Below are positions 38,767 to 49,111 of a stretch of 64,000 bases of DNA, piece by piece. This DNA comes from an uncultured delta proteobacterium. GTDB taxonomy: Bacteria; Desulfobacterota; Binatia; Binatales; Binataceae. The notes beneath the pieces are model-generated. The model had not been told where the DNA came from, searched no databases, and was given only the letters and a program-made list of their open reading frames with translations. A program made the translations under genes and the position numbers. Within the stretch, counting starts at the first letter, position 1. Every line of letters starts with the position of its first letter. The stretch lies in NCBI GenBank assembly GCA_963833025.1, contig CAWHWI010000003.1, forward strand, positions 618,338 to 682,337. The letters are read 5' to 3'.

Positions 38767-39939
38767 CTATTGGCTGCGTCCCTCGACCAGTTTGCGCAGG
38801 CGCTCAGCGCCTTCCTTCGCGACCTGCTCCTGCTCCGGGTTGCTCCCAGAGCCATCGAGGTCGAGCAAGTCATAATACAGCCTGCCTTGCAGCTTCGCGA
38901 CTTCGTTGACGAAGGTCGTGCCGTAATCGCGCTCCGGATCGCCCATCGCAAACGCCTGCCGCGTGATCGTCCAGCTCTCGGGGCGCAGTTGCCGCGCGCG
39001 CTTGAAGTATGGCACCGCGTCCGGCGCGTGACCGGTCTCGCACAGATACTCCGCCAGCCTGAAGTACGCGGCGGCTTGCGCATGCTCGCGGGTCGGCAGT
39101 TTGAGCTTGCGTTTCACCTCGCCGGGCTTCATCACGAAGCGGCTGTTCGCGCCGAGCTTCGCCCAATCTCGAAGCGCGTCGAGATATCGCGCCGAATCGA
39201 GACCGGTGATCGCGCGGAAGGTGTCGAGCGCGTACGCGACTTCGTTGGGCCGCACGATCGCTCCCGATTCATCGATCCACACGGCGGTCGGCACGTTGAC
39301 CATGTTGTAGAGTTCGGCGACGACGTGCCGGGTGTCGATCAACGAAGGATGCGCCGGCTTGCCGGCCTTGATGAACGGGCCTGCCGCGGCGGCGCCGCCG
39401 GTGTCGAGCGCGACCGTGACAATCGTGAAGTTGAGATCCTTGAGTTCTTCGTACAGCGCCTGCCACCCGGGCAGGTCAAGGGAGCATCCTCACCAGGACG
39501 CCCATGCCAGTAAAAGGACTTTCTTGCCGCGGTAGTCCGACAGGCGATGCAGTTTGCCTTCAAGGTCGGGCAATTGAAAATCAGGAGCTTCGAGCGAGCC
39601 CAGCGCGTTGTCGCGCTCGGCGGCGTCGGCGCCGAAGTACCATACGCGATTCTTTTGGTCGCCGGCCCACGGCTTGCCCATCTGGTCGGCGAGCGCGGTG
39701 AAGTTGAGCCACGCCGCGCCGTCATGCTTCGAGGAGAATTGGTTCTCGCGTCCCGGCGGAATCGGCACGCACAAATCGCCGCGGCAGATTCCCTCCGGCT
39801 TGAGCTCCCATTCCGCGAGCTTTTTCAGTTCCGCCGCGTCGAGCCACAACGCATTCGAGTCCGCGATCGCGCGCTCGAAATGCAGCGGCTTGTCGTCGTG
39901 AATGATCGTGGCGGCGCCCGGCGTTGATTCAGTTGTCAT
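38767..39939 (-). CDS. thioredoxin-fold (redoxin/TlpA-like) protein with in-frame TGA at 39490-39492 in the active-site position; candidate selenoprotein, or split pseudogene
   Basis: Upstream part ends ...DYRGKKVLLLAWASW-TGA. The same frame continues GCSLDLPGWQALYEEL...VPTAVWIDESG (Trx-fold cis-Pro region) to the stop at 38767. GGGAGGA SD before ATG 39939. Confidence 0.6.
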
Positions 39940-39956
39940 CGAATCGTCCTCCCGGT

Positions 39957-42524
39957 TCATCCCTTCAGCGTGGCCTGCAGATTTTTGCCTTCGCGTTTGC
40001 GGAATCCGACCGCGACGCTCAGCCGCTCGAGGTGTTGATCGATTATCTTGCCGCCGAGACGCACGCGATGCTCGACGAAGAACTTCTTGACCTCGTCCTC
40101 GCGATCGAGCAGCGCGACAACCGCTTCGCACATCCGCGGCAGCGCGTTGTCGGGATACTTTTGAATCATCTCGTCCCAATGCGCGCGCGCAAAATCCCAC
40201 GCTTCGTAGCGGCTCGCGGGATTGAGCAGCAGCGAATGCATCAGGTACGGCGCGTTTTGCGTCCGCACCTGCCCGTCGAGCGTCATCTCCATGGTTTTTT
40301 TCAGCAGTTCGCGATCGCGGAAATTCGCCAGCGCGAACAGGTAGCGCTGCTCTTCCTGCGGCGTGCGCGGCGCTTTGAACTTTCGCTTGAACTCCTCGTA
40401 ACGCGCGGCGTCGCCCGAGTGCGCGAGGATATTTACCAGCGGCGGCACTAAATCACGATCCGCGGACTCGGGATTGTCCTCGAAGCGCGCGTACAGATCG
40501 CGTGCACGCTTCTGCACCTCGGGATCGTCGCCGAGCGTGCCGAGCGCGCCGATGAGCGTGCCACGCAGTTGGCGCACAAGCTCGCTCTCGCCGGGCTTTG
40601 GCTCCCAGCCGAGACGCGCGGCGGCGGGACCGACACTCTCGCGCACGGTTGCAGCGAGCGCGGGCCGGTCGCCGTCGGACGCGATCATGTCGAGGTATGC
40701 GAACGCACCGATCAAGGCGCGCCACACGTTGATGTCGGTTTCGTTGGTGAACAACCGCGCCATCTTGAGGAACTCGCTGAGCGGGCCCAGACCCGCGACG
40801 GTCGCCGACCACGTATCGCTCACCAGCCCGAACCGCTCGATCGGTTGCAGCGCGCCAAGGTTCTTCGTAATCGCCGCGAGCAACTGCGGCGCGTAGTGCA
40901 CGCGATAGAATCCGTGGCCGCCCTCGTTCAGCAGCGCCCATTCGAGCTTGCCCGGGATATCGACGGTCGTCTCTTTCGTGGTGAGCAGCACCTTGTGGGT
41001 CGCGACGCCCTTGTCCGTCTTCGCGCGAACCATCACGGGCACATGCCAAAGCTGATTGTTGTCCTCGACGAGATAGAAGAAGCGTCGCTGAGAAAGTTTC
41101 AGTCCGCGGCCGTCGGGGGCTGGCGACGCGTCGATGATCGGGAAGCCGGGCTGGAAAATCCACGAGTCCATCATCTTGCGCACGGGCTCGCGCGACGCCG
41201 CCTCGAGCGCGTCCCACAGGTCGCCGGTCTCGGTGTTGCTGAACTGATGCTTCTTGAGGTAAAGGCGAATGCCGTCGCGAAAAATGTCGGCGCCAAGGAA
41301 CTGCTCGAGCATCCGCAACACGGCCGCGCCCTTCTCGTAGGTCAGGATGTCGAACATCGCGCGGCAATCCTCGGGACTGCGCACCTCGTATTCGATCGGG
41401 CGCGTGCTGCGCAGTCCGTCGATCGCCATCGCGGCCGCGCGCGAGACGCTGAAGCTCTCCCATCGCTTCCACTCCGGCTTCCACGCGTCGACCGCGAGCA
41501 TTTCCATGAAGGTGGCGAACGCCTCGTTGAGCCAGATGCCGTTCCACCATCGCATCGTGACGAGATCGCCGAACCACATGTGCGCGTTCTCGTGCGAGAC
41601 GACGTCGGCGACGCGCTCGAGCTCGGCGCGCGACGCGGATTTTTCGTCGGCAAGCAGCGCGGTCTCGCGAAAAGTAATCGCGCCGAGATTTTCCATCGCG
41701 CCCGATGCGAAGTCGGGAATCGCGATCAGGTCGAGCTTGTCGCCGGGATACTTGAGGCCGTAGTAGCCGGCGAAATATTTGAGCGAGAACGCGCCGATCT
41801 GCTTCGCCCAACTGGTCAGCGACTCCTTGTCGGGAACGTGAACGATGCGCAGCGGCGTGCCCGCATCGACCGGCGCGGTCGCATCGAACTCGCCGACGAT
41901 GAACGCGACGAGGTAGGTGGACATCGCGATCGTCTCCTTGAAGACGACCTCCTTCTTGCCGCCGGCCAGCTTGCGCTCGCTCTCCTGTCCGCCATTGGAA
42001 ATCGCGGTCAGGCCCTCATCGACGACGAGGGTCACTTTGTAACTCGCCTTGAGCTCGGGCTCGTCCCAACACGGAAACGCGCGGCGCGCGTCGGTGGATT
42101 CGAACTGCGTCGTCGCAGCGACATGCGTGTTGCCGGAAGCGTCGTGGTACTGGCTGCGATAAAAGCCGTGCAGCTTGTCGTTCAGGATTCCGCGAAATGC
42201 AATCTTCAGCGTCCATTCGCCCGGCGAAAGTTTCCCGGCGAATCGCAGATGCGCGCGTTCCCTGGCCGCTTCCATCTCGGCCTTCGCGGTGAGCGATTTT
42301 CCGCCGCGCTCCGCGGTGACCTGGTCGATTTCCAGCTCGAGCGCGTTCAGCACGACGTCGTCGGTCGCTTCGTTGACGACGACGGCGATATTCACTTCGC
42401 CTTGAAACGTGAACGCCTTGAGATCGGGCGTAAGGCGAATGTCGTAGCGCCTGGGCGTGACGTTTTTCGGCAGGCGATAGTCCTGCGACGTATCGGCGAG
42501 GGGAGCTCCATCCTGATCGAGCAT
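39957..42524 (-). CDS. pepN: aminopeptidase N (M1 family metallopeptidase)
   Basis: GAMEN exopeptidase motif and HENAHMW(x18)E zinc-binding motif (HExxH-x18-E). Confidence 0.92.
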   Translation of the reverse strand: MLDQDGAPLADTSQDYRLPKNVTPRRYDIRLTPDLKAFTFQGEVNIAVVVNEATDDVVLNALELEIDQVTAERGGKSLTAKAEMEAARERAHLRFAGKLSPGEWTLKIAFRGILNDKLHGFYRSQYHDASGNTHVAATTQFESTDARRAFPCWDEPELKASYKVTLVVDEGLTAISNGGQESERKLAGGKKEVVFKETIAMSTYLVAFIVGEFDATAPVDAGTPLRIVHVPDKESLTSWAKQIGAFSLKYFAGYYGLKYPGDKLDLIAIPDFASGAMENLGAITFRETALLADEKSASRAELERVADVVSHENAHMWFGDLVTMRWWNGIWLNEAFATFMEMLAVDAWKPEWKRWESFSVSRAAAMAIDGLRSTRPIEYEVRSPEDCRAMFDILTYEKGAAVLRMLEQFLGADIFRDGIRLYLKKHQFSNTETGDLWDALEAASREPVRKMMDSWIFQPGFPIIDASPAPDGRGLKLSQRRFFYLVEDNNQLWHVPVMVRAKTDKGVATHKVLLTTKETTVDIPGKLEWALLNEGGHGFYRVHYAPQLLAAITKNLGALQPIERFGLVSDTWSATVAGLGPLSEFLKMARLFTNETDINVWRALIGAFAYLDMIASDGDRPALAATVRESVGPAAARLGWEPKPGESELVRQLRGTLIGALGTLGDDPEVQKRARDLYARFEDNPESADRDLVPPLVNILAHSGDAARYEEFKRKFKAPRTPQEEQRYLFALANFRDRELLKKTMEMTLDGQVRTQNAPYLMHSLLLNPASRYEAWDFARAHWDEMIQKYPDNALPRMCEAVVALLDREDEVKKFFVEHRVRLGGKIIDQHLERLSVAVGFRKREGKNLQATLKG

Positions 42525-42640
42525 CTGTTCTCTCTTCCTTATATGTGCAGATCGAGTCTCGAAACGTGAAAAATGAAAATTGCGGGACGCGGGCCTCGTA
42601 ACAGCTAGCCTAGTTCAAACCTTGCCGCAGGGCGAGCCAT

Positions 42641-43156
42641 TCATTCGCCGGCGAGCCGCAGCGGACGCTCCATCCACACAACGTCCCAGTAGCGGTCGAA
42701 CTTGCGGCCGCATTCGGTGAAGACGCCGACATCGGTGAAGCCGAACTTGCGATGCAACTTGATCGAGGCCTCGTTGGGAAGCGTGATGCCGGCAAAAAGG
42801 CGATTAATGTCCTCGTTCTTCAGCGCGTCGAAAAGCGTGCGGTACAAAATCGAACCGATTCCGAGGCCCTTCGCGTCGTATGCACAATAGATCGACGTCG
42901 CGACGCTCGTGTCGTACGCCGCTCGGTCGTGAAACTGCCCCGAGTATGCATAGCCAGCGACCCGGCCACTGTCTTCCGCGACGACCATGCGATGGCGCTT
43001 GGTGCCGGTATGCTCGTCGAACCACCCGACGCGCTGCTCGACCGTCCAAGGCTGGACGTCGAACGTGATCGGTGTGTTGACGATGTAGTAGTTGTAAATC
43101 TCGGTCAGGCGCGGCAGGTCGTCGCGGACCGCGGGCCGAATTTTTACGTCCGCCAT
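42641..43156 (-). CDS. GNAT family N-acetyltransferase (PAT-like)
   Basis: Acetyl-CoA binding region RMVVAEDSGRVAGYA...GLGIGSILY. Confidence 0.8.
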   Translation of the reverse strand: MADVKIRPAVRDDLPRLTEIYNYYIVNTPITFDVQPWTVEQRVGWFDEHTGTKRHRMVVAEDSGRVAGYAYSGQFHDRAAYDTSVATSIYCAYDAKGLGIGSILYRTLFDALKNEDINRLFAGITLPNEASIKLHRKFGFTDVGVFTECGRKFDRYWDVVWMERPLRLAGE

Positions 43157-43219
43157 GAAGTTGTCTCCTGCGCGGAAAGTTTTCGTCGATTGACAGGCAA
43201 CGCGAGATGCAAAGTTGAA

Positions 43220-44089
43220 TCAAGCGGCGATTTTGCTCTTCGCAAGATCGGCAAACGTGATCAGCTCGATTCCATTTCGAGCGATCGCATCGCGCACGCG
43301 CGCGCTGGTGAGAATCTCGACCTCGAGCTGCGCCTCGGGCGCGGGCGGGACTCCGCCGATATCGGCGGCCGGATGAAAATAAAGCTCCGTCGCACCATCG
43401 CGGATACGATCGATCACGCCCACGACATAGTCCTCGCTCAGATGACCGCTCTGATGAAGTCCAAACAGCGCGTCGGTCGAGGTTAGGCCGCGTTCTGTCA
43501 TCATGCGGTGTGTTCGGCGCGACAGCGTGCGGAAAATGATCGACTCGACGAGCTTACGCGGCGCATTGTCGCGGCGCAGCCGGATCGTTGTCATCACGCG
43601 CTCGCGCGGCAGCCTGATGCACGGCACTTTGTATTCCACCGCGAGGTCAACCAGAATATCGGCGAACAGCGGATGGACGTGGAAGTTCAGATGGCCGTCG
43701 ATATGGTTGAGGTAGCCGACCAGCTCGAGATGCCGCTCGACTTGCGCGCGCAGCTCGTCGGTCATCGCGGCGCGCATCGAGCGGTCGAAAAAATATCGCA
43801 TCCCCGCAGTCACGGGACTGTCGATGAACTCGCCCGAGGCGTTGACCGCGGCGCCGAGCCTCGAGGCATCGAGCACACTGCGTCCGCGGCATACAACGGC
43901 ATGCAGCCCCACGTCGAGCGCGGGATCGTCGCGTGCCAACTCGGCAGCGGCACGCGCGGCAGGCTCGGCGACCATCAGGCTCGCACTGCGCAAAATTCCG
44001 TCGCGACGCGCGCGCATGACGCCGGCGTTGACCTCAGGCGACAAGCCGAAGTCGTCGGCGTTAACGATCAGGCGCTTCAAACCGCCCAA
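43220..44089 (-). CDS. hpnK: ChbG/HpnK (YdjC-like) family deacetylase, hopanoid-associated
   Basis: N-terminal LIVNADDFGLS hallmark of YdjC/HpnK; divergent from hpnG. Confidence 0.75.
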   Translation of the reverse strand: MGGLKRLIVNADDFGLSPEVNAGVMRARRDGILRSASLMVAEPAARAAAELARDDPALDVGLHAVVCRGRSVLDASRLGAAVNASGEFIDSPVTAGMRYFFDRSMRAAMTDELRAQVERHLELVGYLNHIDGHLNFHVHPLFADILVDLAVEYKVPCIRLPRERVMTTIRLRRDNAPRKLVESIIFRTLSRRTHRMMTERGLTSTDALFGLHQSGHLSEDYVVGVIDRIRDGATELYFHPAADIGGVPPAPEAQLEVEILTSARVRDAIARNGIELITFADLAKSKIAA

Positions 44090-44184
44090 CCGTGGTCACT
44101 GAAAAGGAACACCGGCACAATTTTGCTAGCATCGCACGGTTCGCTCAAGCGCTGACTCCGAAAAATCAAAATGAGACGACGCGA

Positions 44185-44988
44185 TTGATTCTTCTCTTTT
44201 ACGCCTTCGCACGCGAGATCGCGCCTTTCAAGCGCCGACTGCGAAATCGCACTCCGCTCGCTCTGGACGGCTTACATGGCTTTCGCGCAGAGATCGGCGG
44301 CAAACAGTTTGCCATTGTCGGGCACGGAATCGGTCATCGGCGCGCGACCGAAACCGCGCGCCGCGCGTTCGATTTGATGCCCGGGGCGGAGTTGGTGATC
44401 GGCACGGGCGTCGTCGGCGCGCTCTCGAGTGGACTGAAGCCGGGCGACCTCGTTCTCTCCGACCGCGTTCTGACAATTGACGCTGACGGGCGAGTTGAGG
44501 AACAAATGACCGCCGTCGGCGACGCGCATCTGCGCGCAACCGGCCGCGCGCTTGCGTCCGCAGGTATCGCATACTCGACCGGCGCGATTTTGACATCGCA
44601 TCGCGTGCTCGCGACGGGCGCCGAGAAACGCCGCGCCAAGGAAAGCACCGGCGCGATCGCCGTGGACATGGAAACCGCCGCGATAGCCGCGGAAGCCGCC
44701 GTGCGCGGACTCCCGTTCGTCGCGATTCGCGCGGTGCTCGACGAAGTTGACGACGAAGTGGTCGGCGCCGCGATGGCCGACCAGGACGGCAACGTGCGGC
44801 CGCTCGCCGCGACGTCCTACCTCCTGCGCAATCCGGGCACTATGCTCAAGCTGCCGCGGATGATTCGAAACCTCTCGCGCGCGACTGCCGCAATCGCCGA
44901 CGCACTCACGGCGATCGCGCACGACGGCAAGGTTCCCGCGGCGGCTAAGCGTGCTCTCGCGCCGGCGGAGCGAAAGCGCCCGCGCTGA
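44185..44988 (+). CDS. hpnG: hopanoid-associated phosphorylase (PNP/MTA-nucleosidase family); start uncertain (44092 or TTG 44185)
   Basis: Nucleoside phosphorylase-like fold motifs GIGHRRA...AVDMETAAIA. Confidence 0.7.
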   Translation: MILLFYAFAREIAPFKRRLRNRTPLALDGLHGFRAEIGGKQFAIVGHGIGHRRATETARRAFDLMPGAELVIGTGVVGALSSGLKPGDLVLSDRVLTIDADGRVEEQMTAVGDAHLRATGRALASAGIAYSTGAILTSHRVLATGAEKRRAKESTGAIAVDMETAAIAAEAAVRGLPFVAIRAVLDEVDDEVVGAAMADQDGNVRPLAATSYLLRNPGTMLKLPRMIRNLSRATAAIADALTAIAHDGKVPAAAKRALAPAERKRPR

Positions 44989-45739
44989 AACCGCCGTCAA
45001 TCGGCACCGCGACGCCCGTGATGAAGCCCGCCTCGTCCGACGCGAGGAACGCCGCCAGCGCGCCGACCTCTTCCGGCTTGCCGTTGCGCCCCAGTGGATG
45101 CATGTTGCCGGTGCGCTCCCAAACTAACTGCGACGCGCCGGCGGGAACGGTGTTGCAATTCTCGGCGATCGGCGTTTCGATCACGCCTGGGCAAATCGAC
45201 ACGCATCGAATCTTGTGACGCGCGAAGTCGAGCGCGATTCCCTTCGACATGATCACGACGCCGCCCTTCGCCGCCTGGTAGGCGCCGAGATTCGGCACGC
45301 CTTCGATGCCCGCGCCGCTGGCGGTGTTGATAATCACGCCGCCGCCCTGCTTGATCATTTGTGGGATCGCATACTTGCAGCCGAAAAATACGCCTTTCAG
45401 GCACACGTCCACGACCCAGTCCCATTCTTCCTCGCTCGTGTCCACGACAGTTTTGGGCACGAAGACGCCGGCGTTGTTGAACAGGATGTCGAGACGGCCG
45501 AACGCGGCGATCGTTTCGTTGACCATGCGCTCGACTTCGGCGCCGATTCGCACGTCCACCGATATCGATTTCGCGACGCCGCCCGCCTTCTCGATCTCAG
45601 CCGCGGTGTTGCTCGCCGTTTCCGCGCGCACGTCGGCGACCATCACCTTCGCGCCTTCTTGCGCGAACCGAATCGCGCTGGCGCGCCCGATTCCCGAACC
45701 CGCGCCGGTTATCAACGCAACCTTGTCCTTGAGCAGCAT
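44945..45739 (-). CDS. SDR family oxidoreductase
   Basis: MLLKDKVALITGAGSGIGRA, NNAG, YxxxK. Confidence 0.83.
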   Translation of the reverse strand: MLLKDKVALITGAGSGIGRASAIRFAQEGAKVMVADVRAETASNTAAEIEKAGGVAKSISVDVRIGAEVERMVNETIAAFGRLDILFNNAGVFVPKTVVDTSEEEWDWVVDVCLKGVFFGCKYAIPQMIKQGGGVIINTASGAGIEGVPNLGAYQAAKGGVVIMSKGIALDFARHKIRCVSICPGVIETPIAENCNTVPAGASQLVWERTGNMHPLGRNGKPEEVGALAAFLASDEAGFITGVAVPIDGGFSAGAFAPPAREHA

Positions 45740-45817
45740 GCTGAGTCACCTCGCCCGCCTAACCTTGGCTCGACGATCGACGCTTGCCACAGTTGGCGAA
45801 AATTTGGAAGGGCGGCG

Positions 45818-46717
45818 CTACGCGGTGGCGCGATGCAACTCGTGCTTGCGACCGCTCGTTGGCTTCCAGACAGGAAGATCGCGCTCGTAGGGAAAATCCG
45901 CGAGATGGCGTTCGATGGCGGCGGCGTCGCCCCAGGATTCGCGGCGGGTGAGGATGTGAATCGCGAGCACGGTGAACGGCAGATAGATAAACACGGCAGC
46001 CCACCCGATATTCGGCGCGTTGACTCGGAACAGCATCGCGATTCCGAAGATCACGATCCCTGCGTAGAGCGCCGGCCCCAGCAGCGCGCGCGAGGGCATG
46101 ACGGGAACCGAGCCGGCCGGCTTGTTCGCGCCGCGATTGAGTGCAGCGTCGAGCCACTGGAAAATCGCAATTGTGATCGCGGCGACGAAATACCATCCAA
46201 GATAGTTGCTGATCGGCACGCCGAAGTGCGGCCCCGGCGGATCGTACCAGAAAATTTTGCCGAGGAACCATCTTTCGCCGAGCACGCTCAACGGATCGAC
46301 GACCATGTCCACCATCACCATGAACAGCGCCGCCATCAGCCATACGCGCGGCGCTCGGCGAATCTCCCACGTGTCGAGAATCCGAATATCAACACCGCGC
46401 TGATAAAGCGGCGAACTCAGCAACAGCGCGACGGTGTAGCTGGCGAACGCGAGGAACGTGAACGACAGCGAATCCATGAACGGCACGCCGAACACCCAAA
46501 TCTCGCGCGCGCGACTCGCGTCAATATAGTGATACAGCCCGAATGGGAATCCGTTGTGGACCGAAGACCACTCGCACGCGAGCGACACGGCGTAGGTCAG
46601 CACCGTAAACAGCAGCGTCGTGCGCAGGCCAAAGTTCACAATCGCGATCAAGAGAAAACTCGCCAGGAAGATGAACACGTACGGGCGCAGCGCGATCGTG
46701 GATAGCAGCAGATGCAT
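45818..46717 (-). CDS. polytopic membrane protein (carotenoid-biosynthesis-protein/DUF422-like), downstream of hpnA
   Basis: 299 aa with ~7 hydrophobic helices; family assignment tentative. Confidence 0.45.
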   Translation of the reverse strand: MHLLLSTIALRPYVFIFLASFLLIAIVNFGLRTTLLFTVLTYAVSLACEWSSVHNGFPFGLYHYIDASRAREIWVFGVPFMDSLSFTFLAFASYTVALLLSSPLYQRGVDIRILDTWEIRRAPRVWLMAALFMVMVDMVVDPLSVLGERWFLGKIFWYDPPGPHFGVPISNYLGWYFVAAITIAIFQWLDAALNRGANKPAGSVPVMPSRALLGPALYAGIVIFGIAMLFRVNAPNIGWAAVFIYLPFTVLAIHILTRRESWGDAAAIERHLADFPYERDLPVWKPTSGRKHELHRATA

Positions 46718-46725
46718 CGCGGGGC

Positions 46726-47730
46726 CTATGCGGCGCTCTTGGTCGTCCCTTTGGATCTGAAAAATTCTATCGCCGACGCAATCGCCGCGTCGATCGGCCC
46801 CGGCGAATAGCCCAGCTCCGCGCGCGCCTTCGACGAGTCGAAAAACATCCGCTTGCGCGCCATCCGCACCTCGGTCAGACTGGCGCGCGGCGCGCGGCGC
46901 GTGACGGTGCGCGCGAACGCTTCAGCGCCCAGCGCATAGCCGAGAGCCACCGCGTAAGGAATTCGGATCTTCGGCGCAGGCAGCCCGGAAATTGCTGCGA
47001 GCCGTCCAAGAAATTCCTTGAGCGTGAGATTGTCGCCGCCCAGAATATATTTCTCGCCGATTCGGCCGCGCTCCGCCGCCAGCAGATGGCCGCGCGCGAC
47101 ATCCTCGACATCGACAATGTTCAACCCCGTTTCTAGATACGCGGGCATCCGCCGGCTCAGAAAGTCTACGATGATTCGGCCGGTCGGCGTCGGCTTGAAG
47201 TCGAGCGCGCCAATAGGCGTCGACGGATTCACGATCACCACCGGCGCGCCGGCGCGCGCGGCTTCCAGCGCCGCCTGCTCCGCCAGATACTTCGATCGCT
47301 TGTAGTGACCCGGCATGTCGGCGAGCGACGACGGCGTGTCCTCGCGTCCCGCTCCGCCGTGCGGAATCCCGAGCGCCCCCACCGTGCTGGTGTGAACGAT
47401 TCGCGAAACTCCCGCGGTGACCGCGGCCCGGATAACATACTGCGTGCCGGTAACGTTGGTCGCATACATCGGCGCCGAATCTGTAAGCCAGAGCCGGTAA
47501 TCCGCGGCGACGTGATAAACTTCGTCGCATCCCTTCACCGCGCCTTCGACCGAATCGAAGTACCGGAGATCGCCGCGCACCACCTCGATCGGCAGACCTA
47601 CCAGCGCGCTCAAATCCGCGTTCTCGCGCACCAGCACTCGTACCCGATCGCCTCGGGCAAGCAACGCCCGTACCACGTGGCAACCAACGAATCCGTTGCC
47701 GCCCGTCACCAATGCTAACTTGGTAGTCAT
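46726..47730 (-). CDS. hpnA: hopanoid-associated NAD-dependent sugar epimerase/dehydratase
   Basis: LVTGGNGFVGCHVVRALLARGD Rossmann N-terminus and YxxxK motif; operon context. Confidence 0.75.
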   Translation of the reverse strand: MTTKLALVTGGNGFVGCHVVRALLARGDRVRVLVRENADLSALVGLPIEVVRGDLRYFDSVEGAVKGCDEVYHVAADYRLWLTDSAPMYATNVTGTQYVIRAAVTAGVSRIVHTSTVGALGIPHGGAGREDTPSSLADMPGHYKRSKYLAEQAALEAARAGAPVVIVNPSTPIGALDFKPTPTGRIIVDFLSRRMPAYLETGLNIVDVEDVARGHLLAAERGRIGEKYILGGDNLTLKEFLGRLAAISGLPAPKIRIPYAVALGYALGAEAFARTVTRRAPRASLTEVRMARKRMFFDSSKARAELGYSPGPIDAAIASAIEFFRSKGTTKSAA

Positions 47731-47746
47731 TCGACTCGACGAATAG

Positions 47747-49111
47747 CTATTCGGCGGCCCGCGCGATTACGGCGGCGGCTGCGGCCCGTCCCGAAATCAC
47801 CGCGCTCTCAATCGTCGCCGGCAGCCCGGTCTGTATCCAGTCGCCGGCCAAAAAGAAATTCGCAATCGGCGTTTTCGCCATTGGACGCAGCTCATGCGAT
47901 CGAAGGTCTGGCGCCATCGTCGCGTTTTTCTCCTTCAGCACCAGCGACTTGACGACCTTCGCCGCGCGCGATACTGGAATCATCGCGTGGAGATCGTTTA
48001 TAACGATATCGAGGATCTCCTGGTTGCTGCGATCGACCAGCTTCCGCGCGCCGCTGATCACGAAGCTCAAGTAGCCCGGATGCGCCTCGCCGCGCTGCGC
48101 GAATATCTGACGTTTGTTGAATAGCCACTGAGTAGTGGTGCCGATAAACCCGATGAACGGTGAATTAGTCACTTCGCGATCGAGCCAGACGTGGACGCAG
48201 ATGATCGGCGAGCTCGAAAGACCTGTAAAGCGCGAGAAGAATGGATCTGCGACCGCGTTCTCGGGCAGAAACCGGAGCAGCTGAGGCGCCGGGACCGCGC
48301 TGATGAAGTCCGACGCCTCGATTCGCCGCCCGTCGCGAAGCCGCACGCTTTCGACCTGGCCCCGCTCGCCAACTTCCAGCATCTCGACGATCGAATGCGT
48401 CGCCACCGTCCCGCCGGCGCGCTCGACCAGCCGCTTCGCGCCCGTGCAGTACAAGTCGGTGAGGCCGACGCGGGAGTAAACGAACGCCGAGTCGCGGCGG
48501 CGCGAAAAAAACGCGCGCTTCAGGACTTCGGCCAATAGCTGCGCCGACGACAATTCCGGCTCGTCGTTCAGCGTCGCGATCGACATCGGGTACCAGAAGC
48601 ACCGGCGCGCGTGTTCCGACTGCCCGAGGCGATCCATCAGTTGCGCAACGGTCATAGTGCGGAGTTCGCCGCCGCCAAACCGTCTCATCGTGAGCATGCG
48701 AAGGCCGCCGCGCATAACGGAGATTCGCTCCGCGACACTCAGATGCCGGTAGCCGAGCAACGCCGCCGTCATGTGCAGCGGCCCTGGCAGCCGCGCCGTT
48801 TTCAGAGTCGCGCTCTGTCCGGGACCTGCGAGCATTTCGATCTCCAAATCCTCGTGAAACACCAACTGGTCGTACGCACCGATCCGCTTGAGGAAGTCGA
48901 GCGTCTCGCCGTAACAGCCCATCAGGACGTGCTGTCCGTTGTCGACGAAATCGCCGGTGTCCGCATCGGCGAACGAATACGCGCGCCCGCCGAGCGCCGG
49001 TTTTCCCTCGAGCACCGTGACCCGCATGCCGCGCTCCGCCAGCGCGACCGCGGCGCTGAGCCCGGCGAACCCGGCGCCGATCACGACCGTGTCTTTGATT
49101 ACGCGCGCCAT
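47747..49111 (-). CDS. hpnE: hydroxysqualene dehydroxylase (FAD-dependent amine-oxidase fold)
   Basis: VVIGAGFAGLSAAVALAERGMRVTVLEGKPALGGRA FAD dinucleotide-binding motif; adjacent to the two squalene-synthase-like genes. Confidence 0.8.
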   Translation of the reverse strand: MARVIKDTVVIGAGFAGLSAAVALAERGMRVTVLEGKPALGGRAYSFADADTGDFVDNGQHVLMGCYGETLDFLKRIGAYDQLVFHEDLEIEMLAGPGQSATLKTARLPGPLHMTAALLGYRHLSVAERISVMRGGLRMLTMRRFGGGELRTMTVAQLMDRLGQSEHARRCFWYPMSIATLNDEPELSSAQLLAEVLKRAFFSRRRDSAFVYSRVGLTDLYCTGAKRLVERAGGTVATHSIVEMLEVGERGQVESVRLRDGRRIEASDFISAVPAPQLLRFLPENAVADPFFSRFTGLSSSPIICVHVWLDREVTNSPFIGFIGTTTQWLFNKRQIFAQRGEAHPGYLSFVISGARKLVDRSNQEILDIVINDLHAMIPVSRAAKVVKSLVLKEKNATMAPDLRSHELRPMAKTPIANFFLAGDWIQTGLPATIESAVISGRAAAAAVIARAAE

